Assembly: GCA_051859245.1 (NCBI GenBank)
Contig: JBHYGA010000004.1
Coordinates: 96,001-160,000 of the forward strand
Direction of reading: 5' to 3'
DNA length: 64,000 nt
Source: Gemmatimonadaceae bacterium
Lineage (GTDB): Bacteria; Gemmatimonadota; Gemmatimonadetes; Gemmatimonadales; Gemmatimonadaceae
The position numbers were made by a program, and so were the translations under genes. Below the pieces are notes generated by a model. It was not told where the DNA came from. It saw only the letters and a list, made by a program, of their open reading frames with translations, and did no database searches. This document shows positions 18,862-28,315 of the stretch, one piece after another (the first letter of the stretch is position 1; every line of letters starts with the position of its first letter).

Positions 18862-20006
18862 CTGGTCAACGCAACCGGCTTCTCCAACGCAGTCCACGTA
18901 CAGCCTTCAGACGAAACCATGAATCGTCGCTGCGTTGCGCGCACCGTGCCATCATCGTGCACCGTACGCGCAAGCAGCAGCACGGTATCGCCGCTGAACA
19001 CAACGCGTGCGAGATCCACGGACGGAAACCGAATCGGCTCGTCAACACACGCTCGGCTGAGGTCAGCCGAGACAATGCTCGCCCAGTACGTCGTGTTTGA
19101 GTACTCCACTTGTGTAGGCGCTTGCACAAAGTCGGTATCCGCGTGCACCACGAGATAGCTGCCGTCCGACAACTGCGTTACACCCATGGAGAGTGACGCG
19201 AGAAAACGATCCGTCTCGGCCGTAAGCGCGGCATTTTGTTCAATCAGGTCAGCCGGCACACCGAGTCGCTGTCGACGCGGCAGCGTCACAAACGACTGCG
19301 CCACACCGGCGGCATCAGTGACATACAGTCGATTGTCCGACGGCATGAGCGCGACCCAGCCATCGCCGTGTGGTGCCAGCGACGGCTCGCCACCGCGTGA
19401 ATACGCCGAGGTACTTTGCGCAATCAGCGTCGGCGCTGCGCCCCACCGATCAAGCGAATCGGTAGCAAGCACCCATCGAACGAATGGCTGCGCATCGAGC
19501 GTGACCGGCATGAACACCGTGTCGCCGCGAATACGCCACTGCTGTCCCGCGAAGAACCGGAATGGCATGGGCACTTCGCGTTGCAACGTACCGTCGGCGA
19601 TGCGAAGCACCACGATTCTGTTGCGCTGCGGATCCATACCGGCGAGCAACGTGTCGCCCGGCAGTGGGATAATCGCCGAGACACGACCGAACTCACCCGG
19701 CCCGCCGCCTGGTCTGCCGAGCGCTCGGACCAGCTCACCGCTGGGCGAGAAATGCAGCGCCGTCGTGCGAAAATCGAGCAGTATGGAGCCGTCTGCGAGC
19801 ACCGCCTGCGTGCGCCCGTTCAGGAACGGCATGGTGTCCGGAATGGCGAGTTCCGTGCTGTCGAGTTGCGTAACGAGCGGCGATTCGCGCGGCGGTGCCT
19901 CAGGACCGCAGGCTACGATCGTCGACGTCAAGAGCGCCGTCGTGGTCACGCGAAGCGCCGGTCTGTTGCACCGCCCTCGTCTGCGCAAATGGCCTGCGAG
20001 CGTCAT
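18858..20006 (-). CDS. 6-bladed beta-propeller lipoprotein
   Basis: Lipobox-like IVAC; GRPGGGPGEF motif. Confidence 0.75.
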   Translation of the reverse strand: MTLAGHLRRRGRCNRPALRVTTTALLTSTIVACGPEAPPRESPLVTQLDSTELAIPDTMPFLNGRTQAVLADGSILLDFRTTALHFSPSGELVRALGRPGGGPGEFGRVSAIIPLPGDTLLAGMDPQRNRIVVLRIADGTLQREVPMPFRFFAGQQWRIRGDTVFMPVTLDAQPFVRWVLATDSLDRWGAAPTLIAQSTSAYSRGGEPSLAPHGDGWVALMPSDNRLYVTDAAGVAQSFVTLPRRQRLGVPADLIEQNAALTAETDRFLASLSMGVTQLSDGSYLVVHADTDFVQAPTQVEYSNTTYWASIVSADLSRACVDEPIRFPSVDLARVVFSGDTVLLLARTVHDDGTVRATQRRFMVSSEGCTWTALEKPVALTR

Positions 20007-20083
20007 GTTTGCATGGCTTGAGCGAGGTGCAAAACGAAAGGTGCCAGTTGTACACGAACCTTCGGAACAACTCAGCGGTCACT

Positions 20084-21133
20084 TCACGTCCGAAGGCGAC
20101 GCGGAACAACAACCCTCGCCTTGGTGGCACCCCGACTATCCACGACCAGCAAGTGTGTTTCATCCTTCTCACTTGCGACAGCGAGCTCCACCCACATCTC
20201 GCTGTTCGGGCCGCCTGTAAACCGCGTGAAATGCGGGAGCGTGGTGGGAAGGTTGGAGCGCGCATACATGGCGCGCACCCGTTCGCGTGCGGCGTCACTC
20301 GTCGCGTTTTCCAGCGCTGCGGCGCGACGAGTTTCGACAATCCCTGGAGTGAGCGCAGCTGGTGCATTCGAAAGCCGCAGCGTACGCTCGGTTGCACCAT
20401 TCACGTTCACCACGCGGATTGCACCAGTGCGTGCGTTGCCAATCCAGAATGAGTTGCCCGAAACGCCCGTCACGAGCAAACTGCCGAACGCAGAACCCAC
20501 GATGCCCGGTTCACCATTCGCCGCGGCATAGCCAAACATCTCCAGCGACGGCACCGAGCCTATCGACACCCAGCGCTTCGTAACGCCTGTTGAGTACACA
20601 CCAAGCGGCAGCGAATCAACGCGAGACTGACCAGCACCGAGTGGCGCAACAACGCGGAATCCGCCTACCGCCGCCAGTACATGCCCACTCGGCGTCCGAA
20701 GCAGCGGATTCAGCGACGCGGGCGCTCCCGGTGCACCACCCAGCGCGAATCGCGATGTGCCGCCGTTGAGCGTGAAGACGTGAACTTGCGCCGTTCCCGG
20801 CGGTTGCTCCAGAACGAACACACTGTCGGCCGACGTACTGACCGCAAAGTTGCGCGCGTCGAACTCACCCGGACCACGTCCGCGTCTGCTGCGTCTGGCC
20901 ACGAATGCGCCGTTGGCGTCAAACACGCGCACTTCGTTCACGCTGCCATCAACAACGATCAGATGTCCCGTTTGCAAACGACCGGAGATCGCGCGAGAGA
21001 AGATCGTCTCGTCCTTCGCGTCGCTTCCGAGTGTGCTAGTTGGCGTGCGCGATACATGCCAGGATGGCTGCGCGCTGAGTTGCTTGGACACGGCCAGCGC
21101 CGCCAGTACGGAAATCACTGCGAGCTGTCGCAT
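20084..21133 (-). CDS. Exported 6-bladed beta-propeller protein, possibly C-terminally truncated
   Basis: Signal MRQLAVISVLAALAV...SAQ; RRGRGPGEF motif; ends at VVVPRRLRT, short of the last strands seen in the paralogs. Confidence 0.7.
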   Translation of the reverse strand: MRQLAVISVLAALAVSKQLSAQPSWHVSRTPTSTLGSDAKDETIFSRAISGRLQTGHLIVVDGSVNEVRVFDANGAFVARRSRRGRGPGEFDARNFAVSTSADSVFVLEQPPGTAQVHVFTLNGGTSRFALGGAPGAPASLNPLLRTPSGHVLAAVGGFRVVAPLGAGQSRVDSLPLGVYSTGVTKRWVSIGSVPSLEMFGYAAANGEPGIVGSAFGSLLVTGVSGNSFWIGNARTGAIRVVNVNGATERTLRLSNAPAALTPGIVETRRAAALENATSDAARERVRAMYARSNLPTTLPHFTRFTGGPNSEMWVELAVASEKDETHLLVVDSRGATKARVVVPRRLRT

Positions 21134-21358
21134 GAGAATAGTCGTGAGTGACGAGAGTCTTCGATGGGCGATCAGGCCGCAACGAGGAAAGCCCTCCGCA
21201 GACGCTATTCCCCTGCACATACTCTGTCCAGCCTGACAGCGAGCATATCCGCGACGGGCGATTGACTATCGATTCAGCTTGCGACAGGTGCCCTTGACGC
21301 CCCCGCTCCCGCACGGAACTTCCCCGCCATACCCGTTCCCTGCCTCGGAGCTATACGC

Positions 21359-24300
21359 ATGCAACTTGTTCGCCGTTTGACGCTCGCCCTCGCAACACTC
21401 GCGCTCGCCACCACACCACTTGCCGCACAACCCGGCGTACGCGGCTTCTACCAACACCCAACACTGCACGGCGAAATCATCGTGTTCGCGGCCGAAGGCG
21501 ATTTGTGGCAAGTCCCCGCCACCGGCGGGCTCGCCCGTCGCCTTACCTCACACCCCGCCGAAGAATCACATCCGGTTGTCTCACCCGACGGCACCACGCT
21601 CGCCTTCACCGCGCGCTACGAAGGGCAAACGGAGGTGTACACCATGCCACTCTCCGGCGGACTGCCCACGCGTCGCACGTGGGAAGGTGAAGCGTCACTC
21701 GCTACCGCGTTCACACCAAACGGTGAACTGGTCTACACGACTACGAAATACAGCGGCATTCCCAAACCGCAAATGGTGCGCATGAACCTGAGCGATCACG
21801 TGCGCACACTCATTCCACTCGCCGGCGCGAGTGAAGGCCACTACGACGCAAGTGGACGCGCGCTCTATTTTGTGCGCCCTCACTTTCACAACAACGTCAC
21901 CAAGCGCTACACCGGCGGCTCGGCGCGCAATGTGTGGGTGTTTCGCGACGGCGCGACAGAAGCACAACGCGTGACACCCGAGTGGCGCGGCGAATCGCAC
22001 ACCCCACTCTGGTTCAACGCGCGCGTGTATTTCGTCACCGATCGCGACGGCACCATGAACATCTGGTCTGTCACCGAAAGCGGCGGCGACCTGCAGCAAC
22101 ACACACGGCACAGCGGATGGGATGTCATCCGTCCGTCCATGCACAACGGACGCATTGTGTATCAGAACGGCGCCGATCTCTGGCTGCTCGACACGCGCAC
22201 CAACAACACGCAGCGCGTCGACATCACGATCGCCTCAGACCTGGATCAGCTACGCCAGCGCTGGGTGAGTGAACCGCTGCAATATTTGTCATCAGCGCAT
22301 CTGTCGCCCACGGGCGATCGTGTGGTGCTCACATCTCGCGGACGCGTATTCGTCGCGCCCGCCGGTCCCGGCCGACTTGTACGTGCCTCGCTCAAGGATT
22401 CCGTTCGCTACCGCGACGCCGTGTTCATGCCCGACGGCAAATCGCTGCTCGCACTCTCCGACGAACGCGGTGAACTGGAGTTTGCGAGTGTGCCCGCCAA
22501 CGGTGTTGGCACCGACAGCTTGCTCACACGCGACGGCACCGTGCTGCGTTTTGAAGGCACACCCAGCCCCGACGGTGCGTGGATTACCTGGGCCGACAAC
22601 AACAACGACTTCCATCTGCGCAACCTGCGCACCGGTGAAGTGCGCAAACTCAATCTCAACACCGAAGGCGTTGGCGATCGCAGCTGGTCACCCGACAGTC
22701 GTTACCTCGTGTGGGAGCACGTGGAACGCAACACGTTCACGCGTCTCATGCTGTACGATGTAGCCGCCAATCGCTCCACGCCGCTCACGAGCGATCGTGT
22801 CAACTCGTTCAGCGCGGCCTGGGATCCCAAAGGCGACTTCCTCTACTTTCTCTCCGACCGAAATCTGCGCACCAGCGTCGGATCACCGTGGGGCGCGCGC
22901 CAACCCGATCCGTATTTCGATAAACAGATCGAGATCTACCAGCTCGCGCTGCGCACCGGTGTTCGTTCACCATTCCGCGCCCCCGACGAACTGCACGCGG
23001 CCACCGACACCGCCGCACGACCAGCCAACAGCACAACCGCACCCGCCGCCCGACCAACCGCACGTCCCGACATTCGCATCGACACCGCGAACATCATGCG
23101 GCGCATTGACCGCGTGCCCGTACCGGCCGGCAACTACTCGCAGCTCTATACCAACGCCGACGCACTCTTCTATCTCGCGCGCGGCGAATCACGCACTGAT
23201 GTACACGCGCTGCGACGCGCGCACAAAGCTGAAGCGGTACCTATTGTAGAAGGCGCGCGAACCCTCGAACTCTCGCGTGACGGCAAGAAACTGCTCGTGC
23301 GACGCGCCGATGCACTGCACGTAGTCGACGCACGCGCCGTCAAACCCGGCAACATTGCCGATTCACGCGTGGACCTCTCCGGCTGGCGTTTTGCCATCGA
23401 TGTGCGCGACGATTGGCGCCAGCTCTTCACCGACGCGTGGCGCCTTGAACGCGACTACTTCTACGATCCAGGATTCCACGGCATCGACTGGGCCGCCACG
23501 CTCGCCAAACACCAGCCGCTCGTTGAACGCATCACCACGCGTCAGGAACTCTCCGTCCTCATCGGCTGGATGGTGGGCGAACTTTCCGCCCTGCACACCT
23601 CGGTTGGCGGCGGCGACCTGCGCCGAGCGCCCGACATTGTCAACACCGCATCTCTTGGCGCACATCTCGTGCGCGAACCCGCCCGCGGCGGGTATCGCAT
23701 TGCGCGCATCTACGAAGCAGATCCCGACTATCCGGACCAGCGCGCACCACTCGCCGATCCGTATCTCGACATTGCAGCCGGCGATGTGATCACCGCCGTA
23801 AACGGCGTGCGCACACTCGACGCACCGGACATTGGCGAACTGCTGCGCGATCAAACCGGCAAACAGGTGCTGCTCACCATCGCACGCGGCAGCAACACAC
23901 GCGATGTGGTCACAACACCCATCGGCAACGAAAGCAATCTGCGCTACACCGACTGGGAACTCTCCCGTCGTCGCACGGTGGAAGCTGCGAGCAACAACAC
24001 CATGGGGTACGTGCATCTGCGCGCCATGGGAGCGGACGATGTGAATCAGTGGTACCGAGAGTTTTATCCGGCGTTCAACCGACAGGGCCTGATCATTGAC
24101 GTGCGTCAGAATCGCGGCGGTAACATTGATTCGTTCATTCTCGACAAACTCATGCGCAAAGCGTGGATGTACTGGAAGGGTCGCGCCGCTGAGCCCACAT
24201 GGAACATGCAGTACGCATTCCGTGGTCACATGGTGGTGCTCGTTGACGCCGAAACCGCGTCAGATGGTGAAGCCTTTGCCGATGGATTCCGCCGGCTTGG

Positions 24301-24616
24301 CATGGGCGTGGTGATCGGCACACGCACGTGGGGCGGCGAAATCTGGTTGAGCGGTGTGAACACACTAACTGACGGCGGTGTGGCTCGCGCGCCGATGACC
24401 GGTGTGTACGGCCCCGAGGGCAAGTGGCTCATTGAGCAGATCGGGGTGATTCCCGATATCGAAGTGGACAACCTGCCGCACGCCACCTTCAACGGAAAAG
24501 ACGCGCAGCTCGAAGCCGCGATCGCGCACCTGAAACAGAAAATCGCCGAGGATCCCCGGGAGGTCCCAAAGCCCCCGGCGTATCCACGCGTGGCGTTTCC
24601 CTATCCGCCGCGCTAG
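21359..24616 (+). CDS. Tricorn protease homolog (S41B), exported
   Basis: Signal peptide; beta-propeller repeats (SPDG, WSPDS); GELSALH, PDZ-like region, DVRQNRGGN, TASDGE, GTRTWGG, PDIEVDN. Confidence 0.95.
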   Translation: MQLVRRLTLALATLALATTPLAAQPGVRGFYQHPTLHGEIIVFAAEGDLWQVPATGGLARRLTSHPAEESHPVVSPDGTTLAFTARYEGQTEVYTMPLSGGLPTRRTWEGEASLATAFTPNGELVYTTTKYSGIPKPQMVRMNLSDHVRTLIPLAGASEGHYDASGRALYFVRPHFHNNVTKRYTGGSARNVWVFRDGATEAQRVTPEWRGESHTPLWFNARVYFVTDRDGTMNIWSVTESGGDLQQHTRHSGWDVIRPSMHNGRIVYQNGADLWLLDTRTNNTQRVDITIASDLDQLRQRWVSEPLQYLSSAHLSPTGDRVVLTSRGRVFVAPAGPGRLVRASLKDSVRYRDAVFMPDGKSLLALSDERGELEFASVPANGVGTDSLLTRDGTVLRFEGTPSPDGAWITWADNNNDFHLRNLRTGEVRKLNLNTEGVGDRSWSPDSRYLVWEHVERNTFTRLMLYDVAANRSTPLTSDRVNSFSAAWDPKGDFLYFLSDRNLRTSVGSPWGARQPDPYFDKQIEIYQLALRTGVRSPFRAPDELHAATDTAARPANSTTAPAARPTARPDIRIDTANIMRRIDRVPVPAGNYSQLYTNADALFYLARGESRTDVHALRRAHKAEAVPIVEGARTLELSRDGKKLLVRRADALHVVDARAVKPGNIADSRVDLSGWRFAIDVRDDWRQLFTDAWRLERDYFYDPGFHGIDWAATLAKHQPLVERITTRQELSVLIGWMVGELSALHTSVGGGDLRRAPDIVNTASLGAHLVREPARGGYRIARIYEADPDYPDQRAPLADPYLDIAAGDVITAVNGVRTLDAPDIGELLRDQTGKQVLLTIARGSNTRDVVTTPIGNESNLRYTDWELSRRRTVEAASNNTMGYVHLRAMGADDVNQWYREFYPAFNRQGLIIDVRQNRGGNIDSFILDKLMRKAWMYWKGRAAEPTWNMQYAFRGHMVVLVDAETASDGEAFADGFRRLGMGVVIGTRTWGGEIWLSGVNTLTDGGVARAPMTGVYGPEGKWLIEQIGVIPDIEVDNLPHATFNGKDAQLEAAIAHLKQKIAEDPREVPKPPAYPRVAFPYPPR

Positions 24617-24692
24617 TTATCGGGAGAGCCCTATCCAAGCACGGGCGTTTCCATCCGGACGCCCGTCCCCCCGCGTGTTGGAGCACCCTTCC

Positions 24693-25895
24693 ATGACCGC
24701 ACCCACTGCCCCGCAGCTGTCGCTCGACACTCTGCAGCACGGCGCCACGGCATTACGTAATCAGGTAATTGCCTGGCGGCGCCATTTGCATCAGCATCCG
24801 GAAGTCTCGTTCAACGAACATGGCACGGCGCAGTACATCCATGATGTGCTGTCTGCGCTGCCGAATCTCAACATCTCGCGTCCAACGGCTACGAGTGTTG
24901 TTGCACGTCTGGTTGGACGCGACGCGGGTCGCACCATCGCGGTGCGCGCGGATATTGACGCGCTCCCGATTGAAGAAGAAGCCGACGTACCGTGGCGTTC
25001 ACAAAACCGCGGCGCCATGCACGCGTGCGGACACGACGGACACACCGCCATCGCGCTCGGCCTTGCCACGCTGCTCTCAGCGCATCGTGATCAACTCGCA
25101 GGTGAAGTCCGATTCGTTTTTCAGCACGCTGAAGAGCTCGCACCCGGTGGCGCGGAAGAGTTGGTGAACGCAGGCGTGATGGACGGCGTGGACGAAGTGA
25201 TCGGATTGCATCTGTGGGCCTCCATGCCAACCGGTCGCATGGGCCTGATCAGCGGTCCGGCCATGGCCGCCCCTGACACGTTCCAGTGCACCATTACCGG
25301 TAAAGGTGGACACGCTGCGATCCCGCACGACACCGTCGATCCGATCGCGATCGGTGCACAGGTCGTGACGGCGCTACAGCAAGTGGTATCACGTATGGTC
25401 GATCCGCTTGATCCGTGCGTGGTGTCGATCACGCAGTTCATTGCCGGTACCGCGTTCAACGTGATCCCCAACTCGGCGTATCTCTCGGGTACCGTACGCA
25501 CGTTCAATGCTGAACTACGCAAGCAGATTCCGCAGCGTATGGAGCGATTGATTCGCGGCATTGTCGAAGGATTTGGCGCCACCTGTGAGTTCACGTACGA
25601 GCTTGGATATCGGCCGGTAGTCAATGATCCGGCACTCACGGCAAGACTCACCGATGTCGCCGCACGAACATTCGGCGAAAACGCAATAGAACCAATGCGA
25701 CCCAGCATGGGCGGCGAAGATTTTTCAGCGTATCAACAACGGGCCCCTGGCGTCTTCGCGTTCATCGGCGCGGGCAATGTGCCGGAAGGCATCACCTTTC
25801 CGCATCACCATCCGCGCTTCAGCATCGACGAACGCTCGCTCGACATCGGACTGCGCTACATGGTGGCCGCCACGCACGACTTGCTCACTGCGTGA
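24693..25895 (+). CDS. M20D family amidohydrolase
   Basis: RRHLHQHPEVSFNE, RADIDALPI, MHACGHDGH, FQHAEE, GKGGHA, MGGEDF, PHHHPRF. Confidence 0.95.
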   Translation: MTAPTAPQLSLDTLQHGATALRNQVIAWRRHLHQHPEVSFNEHGTAQYIHDVLSALPNLNISRPTATSVVARLVGRDAGRTIAVRADIDALPIEEEADVPWRSQNRGAMHACGHDGHTAIALGLATLLSAHRDQLAGEVRFVFQHAEELAPGGAEELVNAGVMDGVDEVIGLHLWASMPTGRMGLISGPAMAAPDTFQCTITGKGGHAAIPHDTVDPIAIGAQVVTALQQVVSRMVDPLDPCVVSITQFIAGTAFNVIPNSAYLSGTVRTFNAELRKQIPQRMERLIRGIVEGFGATCEFTYELGYRPVVNDPALTARLTDVAARTFGENAIEPMRPSMGGEDFSAYQQRAPGVFAFIGAGNVPEGITFPHHHPRFSIDERSLDIGLRYMVAATHDLLTA

Positions 25896-26143
25896 CCAGC
25901 GAGCCACATACCAGCCGACCGTGGCGATGGCTTGCTGCGCTCCCCGCCACGGGCATTGTCATGGCCCCGTTCGTTGCCAACCGCGTCGAGCCGTTTGTAC
26001 TCGGCCTGCCGTTTTTGCTTGCGTTCATTACCGGCTGGGTGTTGGTCACCTCAGCGGTGATGGCGCTGATTTTCATACTCGACGAGCGCGCGGACGCACG
26101 AGCGAATACACTCGCTGACCAAGGCGTCAACCACCGCGCATGA
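25892..26143 (+). CDS. DUF3311 small membrane protein (symporter accessory subunit)
   Basis: PFVANRVEPFVLGLPF motif; two TM segments; overlaps both neighbours by 4 nt. Confidence 0.85.
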   Translation: MTSEPHTSRPWRWLAALPATGIVMAPFVANRVEPFVLGLPFLLAFITGWVLVTSAVMALIFILDERADARANTLADQGVNHRA

Positions 26144-27591
26144 TCATCTCACTCTCGCTGCTCGGCTTCACACTGTTGCTCGCACTCGGCCTCTGCGTCA
26201 GCAAAGCGCGCAACATGTCGCTCGAACAGTGGAGTGTAGGCGGACGCGGCTTTGGCACGATGCTCGTGTTCCTGCTGCTCGCCGGCGAGATCTACACCAC
26301 GTTCACGTTTCTCGGCGGCAGCGGCTGGGCATACGGAAAAGGTGCGCCCGCGTTTTACATCATTGCGTATGGTTCCATTGCGTACATCATGTCGTACTGG
26401 CTGCTGCCGGCCATCTGGCGACGCGCGACCGAATGGCGCGTCGTCTCGCAAGCCGAGTTCTTTGCCAAAGCCTACAACTCACGCGCTCTCGGCAATGTCG
26501 TGGCGATTGTCAGCGTGATTGCCCTGATTCCCTATCTCGTCCTGCAACTCAAGGGACTCGGCATCATTGTTTCCGAGTCGTCGTACGGTGCAATCAGCAC
26601 CACAATGGCCATCTGGATTGGTACCGCCGCGGTGGTCACGTACGTGGTACTCGCCGGCATTCACGGCTCCGCCATGACCGCCGCCATCAAAGACGTGCTC
26701 GTGCTCGTTGTGGTCGTAGGACTTGGCATTGCACTGCCTGTGTCGTTGCACGGCGGAATCGGCCCGATGTTTGAACAGATCGCGCGCGAACGTCCTGAGT
26801 TTCTCACGCTGCCGGCGCAGGGGCTGTCACCAACCTGGTTCATGAGCACAGTGCTGCTCACCGTGTGCGGATTCTACATGTGGCCGCATACGTTTGGCTC
26901 AGTTTTTTCGGCAAAAGACGCGCGTGTTTTCAAGCGCAATGCGGCGCTGATGCCGCTGTATCAACTCATCTTGCTGTTTGTGTTTTTCGTGGGTTTTGCC
27001 GCACTGCTGAGTGTGCCGGGTCTGGAAGGGAGCGACGCCGATCTGGCGCTACTTCGCATCACACGCGAGACCTACGGACCGTTTGTCGTGGGCATCGTAG
27101 GCTCCGCAGGCTTGCTCACTGCGCTTGTCCCTGGATCCATGATTCTCATGGCCACGGCCACACTGCTGGCACGCATGCTGCGGCCTACCGTGAACGGCGC
27201 CGGCGGCGCATCCATCACATTTGCGCGCCTGCTCGTACCGGTCGTGGCGGCAGTTGCCTTGTTCTTCACGTTTCGTGGCGGCGACACACTGGTCACGTTG
27301 CTGCTGATGGGCTACGCACTCGTCACGCAGCTGTTTCCGGCGCTGATCTCCGCGTTGTGGCCGAAAGCGCGCGTCACCGCAGCGGGCGCGATCAGCGGAA
27401 TACTTGTGGGCGTGGCCGTGGTTGGCATTGTAACGCTATCGGGTACCACCGTGGCAACACTGCTGCCGAGTTGGCCTGTGTATGTGACTGACCTGAACAT
27501 CGGCGCCTTGGCGCTGCTGCTCAACATCGTCACCATGTTTGTGGTCAGTCGCGTTGCGGGGCGGCGCGTACTCGCCGCGCAGCCCGCGTAA
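26140..27591 (+). CDS. Sodium:solute symporter (YhjB/MctP-like)
   Basis: WSVGGRGFG, AGEIYTTFTFLGGSGWAY, PYLVLQLKGLG, FYMWPH; about 13 TM segments. Confidence 0.93.
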   Translation: MIISLSLLGFTLLLALGLCVSKARNMSLEQWSVGGRGFGTMLVFLLLAGEIYTTFTFLGGSGWAYGKGAPAFYIIAYGSIAYIMSYWLLPAIWRRATEWRVVSQAEFFAKAYNSRALGNVVAIVSVIALIPYLVLQLKGLGIIVSESSYGAISTTMAIWIGTAAVVTYVVLAGIHGSAMTAAIKDVLVLVVVVGLGIALPVSLHGGIGPMFEQIARERPEFLTLPAQGLSPTWFMSTVLLTVCGFYMWPHTFGSVFSAKDARVFKRNAALMPLYQLILLFVFFVGFAALLSVPGLEGSDADLALLRITRETYGPFVVGIVGSAGLLTALVPGSMILMATATLLARMLRPTVNGAGGASITFARLLVPVVAAVALFFTFRGGDTLVTLLLMGYALVTQLFPALISALWPKARVTAAGAISGILVGVAVVGIVTLSGTTVATLLPSWPVYVTDLNIGALALLLNIVTMFVVSRVAGRRVLAAQPA

Positions 27592-28209
27592 CTAGAAAAT
27601 TCGTTCCGCTTCTTCCGCGCGAAACAACACCGCATCACGCTCGAGCAACGCGCGGCTGCCTTCGTCGAGTGGTTCACGGCGATTGGACGGCGCACCAACG
27701 TCTACGAACAGCGTTTTGAGCGCCGCCCGCTGCGCTTCGTCGTACGAGAGCGCTTGCGGCGTCACAGCCAGCGCGCGCAGCCACGCACCCACGATCGGAT
27801 GTGCCAACACACTGCTGCGTCCTTCCGCCGTGGACTCAGCGACCGCACGTGCCAGCTCAGCGAGACACTGACTCACGGCAACAAGCGCCTTACGCTCCAC
27901 TTCGTTGGCCGGTTCGCCAGCCAACAGTGCCCGCGCTGCCTGCGCGCGGGCGCGCAGCAGACTCATGTCGTCAAAGAAGCGCAGCAGTTCATTCACACGG
28001 CGCACAGACGCGCGTTGCGCCACGCGCTGCTGCATCAACCGGAAACCCAGAAAGCCAACCGTAAGCAGTGATGCGATCAACAGCGCCCGCGTGGCGCCCT
28101 GAATTGCGCCCGTGGCCATGCCCTGCATAAGCGGCAGCACCACGCTGATGGTCGCGCTGAGCAACAGCAGGCGATAAAGCGGGCGCGACTTTCGTTGTGT
28201 GATGGCCAT
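27592..28209 (-). CDS. Hypothetical membrane protein
   Basis: 205-aa ORF with two N-terminal hydrophobic segments; its stop abuts the symporter stop. Confidence 0.6.
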   Translation of the reverse strand: MAITQRKSRPLYRLLLLSATISVVLPLMQGMATGAIQGATRALLIASLLTVGFLGFRLMQQRVAQRASVRRVNELLRFFDDMSLLRARAQAARALLAGEPANEVERKALVAVSQCLAELARAVAESTAEGRSSVLAHPIVGAWLRALAVTPQALSYDEAQRAALKTLFVDVGAPSNRREPLDEGSRALLERDAVLFRAEEAERIF

Positions 28210-28315
28210 GACGAGGCGGGACGAGATAGAGGCCCGCCGAAGCGCGGGCTTTCCGGAAGGACGACCCAGCGGTGTGGCGCGGAACAGCAGCGCATCACGC
28301 GACCGGCCCGCTTCG

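Noticed and set aside
20007..20086. Frameshift or readthrough continuation of the truncated propeller; TGGCAC sigma-54-like site
   Set aside because: Readthrough meets another stop after 3 codons, the other frames are not propeller-like, and the GG-GC spacing is 13 rather than 10.
19186..20220. 344-aa plus-strand ORF
   Set aside because: S/R/P-rich shadow of the beta-propeller genes.
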